From Octopus bimaculoides (lineage: Eukaryota): DNA of 37,640 nt. This document shows, in pieces, positions 1 through 10,221 of this stretch. The stretch covers positions 188,178,965-188,216,604 of the forward strand of contig NC_068981.1 of assembly GCF_001194135.2 (NCBI RefSeq), read 5' to 3'. Below the pieces are notes generated by a model that was given only the letters and a program-made list of their open reading frames with translations, was not told where the DNA came from and did not search any database. The translations under genes were made by a program, and so were the position numbers. How positions within the stretch are numbered: the first letter of the stretch is position 1; each line of letters opens with the position of its first letter.

Positions 1-64
<64 letters not shown>
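1..64. repeat. (CA)n microsatellite
   Basis: Uninterrupted AC dinucleotide run from window start. Confidence 0.99.
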
Positions 65-66
<2 letters not shown>

Positions 67-595
67 GAAGATGTATATGTATATTGTTGATTAATATTGA
101 TTTCACTGAGAACTCAGCTTTCAGCTTTATTGACTTATTGAGCCAGTGAAGTTGTAAACAACTGTTTTTACCTCACAATCATAGATCTGACATTTTTTCA
201 CTAATGAGGTGAGTAACATGTAAACCACAGAAGCAAGCAACGGTTATTGGTCAGAGATTTGGCTATCGTGGTTAGAAATGAGAGGGATGGAGGAAAATTA
301 AGGGTCATACGTATAATATAGGAGGAAGCTAGATGGGAAGTGAGGTTAGTCGGCGTAGAGAATGGGAAATAAGTGTGAAATGAAAAACTGTGTTATAAAA
401 CATTGTTAGATAGCGATAAGACAAGTTATTTTGGTTATTAGGGAAGTGAGTGTTTAGTTAGAAGGTAAAAAGCCTTCTCAATAATTGATGTGATTCTAGA
501 TAAGAATAATGCATTAAGAAAGAATAAGTAATCTGGTTTATATGTCTATAGCTATGCACACGCACAAGTACATTTACATACACAAATACATGTAC

Positions 596-597
596 CT

Positions 598-628
<31 letters not shown>

Positions 629-689
629 TTCAAACGCATATAAATATATGTAAGTATATACGTACATGAACATATAAATATTCATTGCA

Positions 690-733
<44 letters not shown>

Positions 734-891
734 AACATACATGCAAACATATATATATATATATATATATNNNNNNNNNNNNNNNNNNNNNNNNNNNNNN
801 NNNNNNNNNNNNNNNNNNNNNNNNNNNNNNNNNNNNNNNNNNNNNNNNNNNNTAAACATACTTGCAAGTACATATACCTTTACGTTTAAGG

Positions 892-955
<64 letters not shown>

Positions 956-957
956 CA
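596..957. repeat. Compound microsatellite cassette (CA)n-unique-(AT)n-unique-(TATC)n, copy 1
   Basis: Unique cores 628-698 and 858-898 recur at 2862-2932 and 2939-2979 (4/71 and 2/41 mismatches); contains N gap 771-852. Confidence 0.9.
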
Positions 958-1223
958 TGTCTGTCTTTTTGTCTTTCCCTGCGCGCGCGCGCGTGTAGAA
1001 AATCAAATACGCATACATGTTTATAAGAGTATGACAACATATTTTTTAAAGTGCAAAAAACCTGAATAAGCAGTCATATATGTACATAGGGGTAGAAGTG
1101 AGCATGTTTGTGTACGATTTATTGCTCAAATCGAGGTAAATATCCTATAAATGATCAGAAGGTTAGACAGGTATCTAACTAACTATTTAACTACATTCGA
1201 ATACCTGGAATGTATGGGTTACA

Positions 1224-1450
1224 GGGGAGGGTGGATCAGTGGTTAGAGCGTCAGGCTTACAATCATGAGGTTGTGAATTCGATTTCCGGACAGGACTGTG
1301 AGTTGTGTTCTTGAACAAGACACTTTATGTTACATTGCTCCAGTTCACTCAGCTGTAGAAATGAGTTGCGACGTCACTGATGCCAAGCTGTATCGGCCCT
1401 TTAGCCTTTCCCTTGGACAACCTCGGTGGCGTGGAGAGGAGAGGCTGGAA
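1224..1450 (+). mobile_element. tRNA-derived CORE-type SINE
   Basis: A-box-like tggatcagtggt, B-box-like gaattcgatttcc, then CORE-like tgtgttcttgaacaagacacttt...ctcagctgtagaaatgag. Confidence 0.8.
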
Positions 1451-1537
1451 TAAAAAGTATGTACTCCATAGAACGTATTGGATAATTATCCAGTTTAATG
1501 TTAAAACATTTTTTTAATTAATATTATAACAAGATAT

Positions 1538-1753
1538 TAAGGAAGCGAGATGGCAAAATCGTTAGCACGCTGGACGAATGGTGAACGGAATTTTCCCCCT
1601 CTTTTACGTTCTGAGCTCAAATTTCATCGAGGTCGACTTTGCTTTTCATCCTTTCGATGTCGATAAACTTAGAATCAGTTGAACATTGGGCGTCGATGTA
1701 ATCGATAGGTCCCCTCCATACAAATTTCAGGCCTTGTGCCTATAGAAGAGATG
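1538..1753 (+). mobile_element. tRNA-derived SINE with Meta-like domain (tail type B)
   Basis: Homologous to >10 copies in window (gttctgagttcaaatt...gtcgactttgc.tttcatcctttcg..gtcgataa); TSD attataaca(a/g)gatat at 1523-1537 and 1754-1768. Confidence 0.9.
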
Positions 1754-1789
1754 ATTATAACAGGATATAGAAATTAACATTAATAGTGC

Positions 1790-2735
1790 AACCATTCAAC
1801 CACTTAAATGTGTATGTGATATATCTCGACTTTGTCAAGGCCTTCGACAAAGTTGAGTATGTCGATGATATATCAGAAACAGCGTGACTTTGGTCTCGTT
1901 GGAAAAGCTGAAGGACATTTTGAAGATGCAGAAGTCTTACAGTTGCGACCAATGGTGTTCTTTCTGGAAAGACAACAATTCTCAGCAGAGTCCCTAATGG
2001 AACTGTACTGAGACTCCGGACTCCAACTGTTTGTGGTGGCTCTTTCAGATATGCTCTCAGTAATACATTCAGCCACCCTCACCAACTATGCCGATGATAC
2101 AAAAGTATCGCAAGGGGTTTAAGGAGTCTGATGGCTCTCTAAAACTGCAGAGAGACCTGAATGCAATTTACAAGTGGGTAATGAAAGCAATATGGAGTTT
2201 AAAGCAAAGAAGCTTCAAATACTCTACTATCGGTCCACAAACAGATTGTAATCTGAATACACATGGCCCTGGCATAGCAACACAAACAGATAAAAGTACT
2301 GAGGCTCCACTGCTTAGCGAGAAGACGCGAAATATATGCAGTAATATACCTATGGAATGTCTACGTCGAACATTGGAATTGAAAGTTATATTAACCACTG
2401 AACTAGACGTCGATGCTTTGTACCAAAGACACCGGTTTTTCCATCTACAATAAGGACAGCTTGGGTTCCGAGGCTCCAGAACTTTTCAACACTCTTCTAA
2501 ACAATCTCAGATATTTGCAAAGGTTAGATATGGATGCTTTTAAGAAACCATTGGACAAAGGTTTATATGAGATACCAGATGAACCGCTATCACGGCAGGA
2601 AACACAAAGAATTCCAATTTGCTACTTCTCCTGAAACAATTTCGAAAAGAAAGCCCGGGAGGTGAATGAGAAATAAAAGCGGTGCTCTAGCATGATCTCA
2701 GCCTCTGTCTGAAATCAAGGAAAGAATAAAAGAAT
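1790..2735 (+). mobile_element. CR1/L2-like LINE, degenerate RT and 3' end
   Basis: Broken frames give VIYLDFVKAFDKV (from 1804), SRVPNGTVL, YADDTK (2087-2104), DSLGSEAPELFNTL..LDKGLYEIPDEP; 3' tail gcggtgctctagcatg...gaaagaataaaagaata; frameshifts and deletions. Confidence 0.9.
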
Positions 2736-2750
2736 AGATATATGTGTATC

Positions 2751-3045
<295 letters not shown>

Positions 3046-3079
3046 GCCTGCCTGCCTGTCAGATATGTATATACATATC

Positions 3080-3370
3080 TGGCACTCAGTCGGTTGCAAC
3101 TACGAGTTTTCCAGTTGATCCAGTCAAAGGAACAGCCTACACGTGAAATCAGCGTGCAAACGTCTCAGCACTCCACAGACACGCGTACCCTTAGCGTAGT
3201 TCTCAGGGAGATGCGGCCTAACACAGGACGCGACAAGGCTGGCTCTTTGAATCACAAGTACCACTCAATTTTTGCCGGCCGAGCGAACTGGAGCAATGTG
3301 AAATAGAGTGTCTTGCTAGAAATCGAACTCACGACTTTACAATCGTGAGCCAAATAGCCTAACCACTAAG
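3080..3370 (-). mobile_element. tRNA/CORE SINE
   Basis: Reverse-complement CORE (aactggagcaatgtgaaatagagtgtcttgct) and head; 3' part homologous to 28111-28280; head/CORE homologous to 31422-31610. Confidence 0.8.
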
Positions 3371-4640
3371 GGATAGGTCATCGGCACATAAGAGTTCTCA
3401 CGATCATCCAGCATTAAACTTGACTTATACCACGGAAAATTACAGTTGATCGGTCGGGGCCAAAAGCGGGAACTTGGTTAACACTCACCTGCTCGTAAGC
3501 ATTCTTAACTTAACTCATTTACAATCATCATTTTCCTGACTGTATCTCCCTACATGGCTTGCACCGCTCTTACAATTAAAATAACACTCTCAATTCAGCT
3601 AGTAGAGAAGATATATTTAATTTATTAAAAAATAAATTATTCTGACAGACACTAATTCTGTTTCTTATTTAAAGTATTCGTCTGAGACTTCAGGAATCGT
3701 TTTTCGAAAGCAACTGAACTCGCCTTGTCGTAGTCATTTATTTAATAAACAAATACACGTTCTTCACTCATTCTGAATACTTTGCTACAGTTTGTGTTTT
3801 ACTTCATTCCATATATACATACGCGCACATTTGCATACATAATTAATATGTGTGTGTCTGTGTCTGTGTAATATATGAAATGTCATTAGTCGCAAAAGAT
3901 AATTAGAGCATTCAGTACAACGTAGTGCATTTAGACAATTACATTCAATTAACTGTTCATTATCTGACTATGAGTTTTACAGAAGGAAAAGCTGTTGTTT
4001 ATAAAGAAGTATGATTCTTGATTATAGTGTCGCTACGTTTTATTCAACCAGAGCCTGGTTGATAGTAGGGAGTAAAAGGGGTATTATAGTGATATGAGCA
4101 GTATTAGAAGTATTATAGTGATGTACAGAATGGTAAGGTAACCCTCGTTGTATGACCGAACAATCTCAAATATACTGTAAATAAAATGGAGACATGAATT
4201 TTGTCATATGGTGAGGTTTTTAAAATTATATAGATATCAAAGTAAGCAGTTATATTCACATATGCACAAAAACACACACGTCCATTTATTGTAATGTGTA
4301 CTTACAAGTTAATTTTAAACTCTTTATAGATGTGTGCATATCATTGCATACACATACATTGAGAGATAGACATGCAAACATTTGTACCTAAACATACTGA
4401 TATATATATATATATATATTAGAAATATAATATTTCTAAATCTCTCAGAGAGATTTAAGCAGTAGTGGAGCAATAAAGTTGTAGTGTATTGTCAACTTAA
4501 TGTGACAATCCCAATAAGGGAACACACTACTGCCGTTTAGCCCTAGGAAGCTGGACCGCTTCCTGTCGGCCTTGACACAATTATTGTGTCCTTAAGTTTG
4601 CGAGGGGGGAGACAAGCTCCTCCACCCAGCCTAGCCAGCA

Positions 4641-4683
4641 TTCAGGGACATGTTTCTGAGTCTTTGCTCGTCATCAGCCTGAA
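4641..4683 (-). ncRNA. Minimal type I hammerhead ribozyme motif (Penelope-type, palindromic helix III)
   Basis: Minus strand UUCAGG-CUGAUGA-CGAG-CAAAGA-CUCA-GAAA-CAUG-UC-CCUGAA: 6-bp stem I, intact core, GUC cleavage triplet, ACAUGU palindrome; C-A mismatch at base of stem II. Confidence 0.75.
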
Positions 4684-4937
4684 GTNNNNNNNNNNNNNNN
4701 NNNNNNNNNNNNNNNNNNNNNNNNNNNNNNNNNNNNNNNNNNNNNNNNNNNNNNNNNNNNNNNNNNNNNNNNNNNNNNNNNNNNNNNNNNNNNNNNNNNN
4801 NNNNNNNNNNNNNNNNNNNNNNNNNNNNNNNNNNNNNNNNNNNNNNNNNNNNNNNNNNNNNNNNNNNNNNNNNNNNNNNNNNNNNNNNNNNNNNNNNNNN
4901 NNNNNNNNNNNNNNNNNNNNNNNNNNNNNNNNNNNNN

Positions 4938-5293
4938 CGTAAAAAAACACCATTTAAGCGTGGCCTATGCCAGTGCCGCCTGACTGGCTCCCGTGTCGGT
5001 AGGTATGTAAAAAGCAACATTCGAACGTGACCGATGGCTGTGCTGCTTGACAAGCGCCCGCGCCGGTGGCACGTAAAAAGCACCATTCGAGCGTGGTCGA
5101 TGCCAATGCCACCCGACTGGCATTGGCACGTAAAAAGCACCCATTACACTCTCGGAGTGGTTGGCCTTAGGGGGGGGGGCATCCAGCTGTAAAAATCTTG
5201 AAAGATCAAATTAGTGTTTGGTGCAGCCTCTTGGCTTGCCAGTCCTCAGTTAAACTATCCAGCCCATGGAAAGTGGACGTTAAACGATGATGA
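4938..5293 (+). mobile_element. SINE-like repeat 3' portion with internal 57-68 bp tandem units and (GAT)n tail
   Basis: Units start gtaaaaa(g/a)cacc at 4939, 5007, 5073, 5130; then gggcatccagctgtaaaaa and RTE-type ending ggacgttaaacgatgatgatgat; 5' end lost in gap. Confidence 0.7.
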
Positions 5294-5483
5294 TGATATA
5301 TATAGACGAATAACACAGAATACACACACATGTACTCAAATATGTGCACATACAATAATATATATTTCTACAATATACACGAGGATATATTCAAACGGAC
5401 ATACCCAAATTAGATCAAATATGTACTAAAAGTTAGGAAGAAGGTTAGAGATAAACAAGCAGGAGCGGCATTTGTTCGTCGAT

Positions 5484-5969
5484 CTATGAGAAAGAAGAAT
5501 GACGTGGTGGAATGACTGAGAGGATTAAGAACGAATATACTAACGCGAACTGATGAGATAGTGTGGGAGTGAAAGTTATGACGAAATTAATAAGAAAATA
5601 ATACAAAAAAGCTGCAAAATTATATAAGCTATAATTCTGTAAATGTAGAAAAGTAAGTTTAGTGTAAGGTGTACTTGTGGATTGTTGCTTTATGTTGCAT
5701 GGCGTATTGTTGTCTTTGATTTGGTTGTCTTTGATTTTGCTTATCAAGGATTTACATTTGTCAAAAATTTCAGAATTTGATAGAGGTATATGCTGCAAAT
5801 GCACTGAATAGATACTATTTAACCTTTCTAGTATTCTCAACTTTATATTGAAAACTTTGTCGCTCTTAATTTCCAAATTTGACTTGATAATTTTGTGACG
5901 TTCGTCTTTTCTATTCGTCCAACTTTGAAGCAAGGCTGTAATATTGTTCCTTAATTTGACTTCTGTCAC
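5484..5969 (-). pseudogene. 161-aa K/N/I-rich ORF, probable decayed retroelement (possibly Penelope-like N-terminal region)
   Basis: Longest non-repetitive ORF; no ATG start or clear splice sites; only weak resemblance (N-x-S...F-T-P-T) to PLE N-terminal motifs. Confidence 0.25.
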
Positions 5970-7232
5970 ACCTTACATATCATCCTTATTTAGTATTGGA
6001 TATAAAAAGAATGAGGCAAACTTAAGTTTCATATATTGCTATTTTTGCGTTGCAAGATACCTTTAATTTGCATATGGTTGGGTTTCCTCAGCTGCTGGCA
6101 CCACGATGATATTCGTTCAGGGTTTTAAATCTAACTTGCTTTGGGGTTGCACTGATTTCTGTTTGTATTCTGTTGTCGGTTATTTTGTCTATATATGAAG
6201 TTATCTTTGAAGCTTGATTTTAAGTTTATGTTATTGTCGTGCATTATCGATTATTTCCGTACTAGATGAAAGAGCAGATAGTTTTATGCTGATTTTATTG
6301 ACTGTGTTTCGAAATACTGTCAGCAGGTGACAAGCTTGTTTCCGTATGTAAGTGAGTTTCTCATTACGTTTTGTAAATTGTTTACGAAAGTGAAAGTTGG
6401 GGTGTAATTTTTTTTTCTTTTAGTGACATCTAAGAAATCTATACTAGTGAAATTGTTCATGATACTTAAATCCTCCATGCGTTGGTCTCTCGTGCGTCCA
6501 TTCATATCACTAGAATCTATTCAGAAGTACAAGATGTCTGTGTATATAAATATATATATGTAGATTTGTGCGCATGTATACACATATATCTGTTTACATT
6601 GTATATACAGAGATGTGTATGTACAAATACATATATGTCGGTGTGTCCCTGTATGCGCGTGTCTTTTCATATGTAGCACATTGTAACGTGTGTATGTGGA
6701 ATGTTCACATGTCTACACGATTTTGCAAACACACAATACAAAGGATGTGCATGTTCTCGAGCCTATGTAAGCGTAGCTGTGTCAATTTCGTTAGAATACA
6801 CAAGTGTGAGCATGTCAAAACGCAAGGAGATGTTAATACCTCAGCGTACAAAGAACACTGTTTTTCTGTGTATTTGCTGTATATGTGAGTATTACATTTA
6901 ATCAGAATGAGATCATTTACAAATATGCACACCGAGATCATATCCACTGAACTACTCACTAATATCAATTAACAACAAAGTTCCGGATTACTAAAGCATA
7001 GCGATACTTCTAGGTAGAAATCATTCTCCATCAAAAGCAACAAAACGTTTTTTGTGGAGCTTATAGTGTTGCAATGAATTGTATGTACTTTTTATAACAA
7101 ACACACACACGCACAAACGCACACATATTTAGGCATACATGAATATATATATATATATATATGATAGATCGCTAGCCACTACTCATTCTATTTTTTCTCT
7201 CCGTGTTTCTCTCCTTGTTTCTTTCTGTGTTC

Positions 7233-7268
7233 CTTTCTGTGGAAGAGCGTAAGCTCGAAACGTTAAAG
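7233..7268 (+). ncRNA. Minimal hammerhead-like motif with variant core (A6U) inside a pLTR-like repeat (~7165-7345)
   Basis: CUUU-CUGUGGA-A-GAGC-GUAA-GCUC-GAAAC-GUU-AAAG: 4-bp stem I, 4-bp stem II with GNRA loop, palindromic AACGUU helix III. Confidence 0.6.
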
Positions 7269-9911
7269 ACTTTTTCACTTCCCGAGCGTTTTACTAATAC
7301 ACCTGTTTGTTTTCTACACCACTTGTCTTTTTTTTTGTGAATTCCCCCTATATATATGTATAGATGAGCGTAAGTATTTCCTTTCATACTCATCATTCGT
7401 TCTATGTATCCCACGTTTTGTGTTGTCTGTCTGCCCACGCAGTGTCCATTCTGTGTTAAGGCGATATGCCTATAATAAAGAGTACGAGCGTAAGGTTGAA
7501 ATGTCGAAGAGTCCTCCGTTTTTCATCAAACTGATACACCTTGTTTGCTGTTCCCTCACTTATCTGGGATTTTTTCGTACAATTTTGAACCATATATATT
7601 TAGATGCATATGAGAGATTTGGGCTATATAACATACATAATTAGTTCTGGGTTTATTGAGGAACATGTTTTTCGTTTGCGCTCATCGTTCATTATCCGAT
7701 GCTTTCAAACGTAATAAACATTTCCAGTCAAAAAGAAAGTAATCTAAATTTTAATTACACTGTCTTTGAAGCTGATATTCATGAAATGATGGTGCATATT
7801 TGCGTCGTCGATGAAATGAAACTGATAAAACCTGGATTCTGAGAAAACTTATTATGGTCAAATTAGCGAAATGAGATACTTTTTGCTACAATATTTGTCC
7901 AAAATTACCTAATGTACTATTTACTTCTCTTCTACGGTGAATGATACACCACAAATAATAAGCTCTCAAATTTCATCAGTGATACTCTCGTGTTTCGTTG
8001 CACTGTGACAATCAAAATTATGAATTAACTTCCAGGAGTATCACGACAGTCGTCTGTTAATGTGGTTGGGTAGCTTATTGCCTCTGTCATTTTCTGAGCA
8101 CTTCAAAACGCAGTTATCTCATCCACATGGAAATCATGGCATGGATATTATATTCAGTCATTAACGAATATGTCGTTTTATTTTTATTTTTTGTGAAAAA
8201 AAAAAGCTTAATTTAGCCAAAGGAATAATATTCCGCTTATTAATAGAGCATTTAATTTCATGCCTGTTCGAGTAGGAAATCTGCCTTCCTGTTGCACGCA
8301 CATGATTGTCACAGCTTGCAATTTCATAGTTGTCCTAAGGAGTCAAATATAAGTTTAATCATCCATAATTTCAACATTTCAGAAAGAGGTAAAGGCAATG
8401 ATATAATGCATGGCTAATAATTGGAATATTCTTGAATAGCATGAGCTAACATATCTCCAGATATGTTCTGTTGACCTTTAAGTTAAATTATCGCAATAAT
8501 TACGTTTTTTTTATAGTTGAAATAGGAAGTGCTGTGGTTATTAAATTTCATGAAATTCAACCATTTTATGGCCCTACCCTGCAGCATATTTCAAATACAT
8601 GTGGCGAAGTGAAAACATATGTAGTATTTAATTAAATGTGATCTAACAAACCCACTGTTTTGAAATTTTAATCAGGCCGCACAAACATAATGATAAAAGT
8701 TTTCGGTAGCGCTAATTGAATTTCACGTCATTTGTGCTCATAAACATCAAAATATTAAGTTAGTTCATAATCATCATCCATTGAAATAACTCGTGAAACT
8801 GTTAATGAAACCACGCAGATCGCGCCATTATTTTACATTTTTTACCCGATAGGTGTTTCAACGTAAAGCAAAACAAATAGAAAGGTCAATGCAATGTTTG
8901 TGTTAGTGTTATTTATTGATTCCTATATGTGATATACAGCTGCATTTCATATCTTTATATTACTCGTAGATTCATATTGTTCTCTGCCACCGTAACCATA
9001 CTTCTTAATATTCTACCCTCATTTATCATATACAACGATAGACAATAAGTTAAATTCGAGAGAGGTCACGTCTTACGTTGTCATTTCATATTTAAACGAT
9101 ATCATTCTTAATATAATTAAACTATATAGTAAATTGTATATCTCTTTAAAACAATCGTGCTTTGCAAAATGACTATAATATTGCGTCATTAAGATATTCC
9201 TCCCTGATTTCAGAAATCTCAATATTATGACTCAATCAATCTTCGTAATAACTACGTTGAATGTTTTTGAACATTGCGTGTTCGAAAGTTTTACTATTAA
9301 TCATGAGAGAAGACAGTAGTTACCAGAAACGAAAGAGTAGTCAGCTCAGTACTTTTAAGTAATTAGTTCTATCGCTTTATGTTGTGAGCGTAAATCCTGT
9401 CCAGATGGACTTAACTTCGTCAATTAGAGAAAAAGAAAAAGAAGTTTGGCCTTATGCCAGTATGAGAAATCACAAGAATGTTTCCCATTCCATGAAAACT
9501 TTCAGTAACTGAGAGGGGAAATATTTGAGTTCTGAAGCATTTTCAAAATTGGTGTAGTGGTTTTGTCGTTCTACCGTCTTATAATATATGGTTAATGAAT
9601 GACAATCACAAGGATTTTCTTTTAATTAATCAAGAAAGTTCCTATACAAGTAGATTATTCTGTAAGTAGCCAAGATTGTTTGACTATAATAGAATCTTCT
9701 TAACTAGCAACTGCTTCGGAATTGGCCGATTCGGGCATCAGTCATGCGGATATGCAATATACGTAAATATAAAGTATCCCTTACCCACGTATATGTAAAA
9801 GTACATTTGAGGATAAACGGATTCAACGGGCAAAAGGTGGGTCTCATATATATTAAAGTATCATGAATATACAATTATTCCCAGTTGTTAACCACAATCC
9901 TGCTGGAGAAT

Positions 9912-10221
9912 GCGCAGGTATGGCTGTGTGATAAAACAGCTCTCTTTGCAACCGTGTGGTTTTGGCTTCAGCACCGCGCAGTGCCTAGGGTTAATATCTT
10001 CCACTATAACCCTGGACCTTGTGAGTTGATTTGATTGACGGAAACTGTCGTATATATACATATGTGTGTTTGTGTGTATATCTTTATGTATGTGCCTATC
10101 ACTCCCCTCCAACCACTTGGCAAGCAGTGTCGGTTTATTTATATCCCCGTAACATAGTGGTTCAGAAAAGCCGACTCCTCAAGATGGCTACGGTTCAATG
10201 ACTGTAACAAGTAAAAGATAA
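9912..10221 (+). mobile_element. tRNA-derived SINE (gcgcagg..tggctgtgtg head family), diverged
   Basis: Head homologous to reverse complement of 16593-16680 and 27305-27444; ends caatgactgtaacaagtaaaagataa like 27216-27266. Confidence 0.75.

Noticed and set aside
1224-1300. tRNA-like sequences (also 28410-28483, 31422-31495)
   Set aside because: A/B boxes continue into SINE bodies; no complete cloverleaf or acceptor stem, so SINE heads rather than tRNA genes
4938-5140. Regularly spaced repeats resembling a CRISPR array
   Set aside because: Eukaryotic context; whole units are diverged paralogues, not constant repeats with unique spacers; no cas genes
6886-6925. Matches to miR-12 (tgagtattacat) and bantam (tgagatcatt) 5' ends; similar seed-only hits to miR-279 (~11204) and miR-219 (~8305)
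   Set aside because: Match stops after 8-12 nt and no precursor hairpin with a star arm
7360-7510. Two further gagcgtaag motifs near the 7233 hammerhead
   Set aside because: No CUGANGA core or intact stems; chance or too decayed to call
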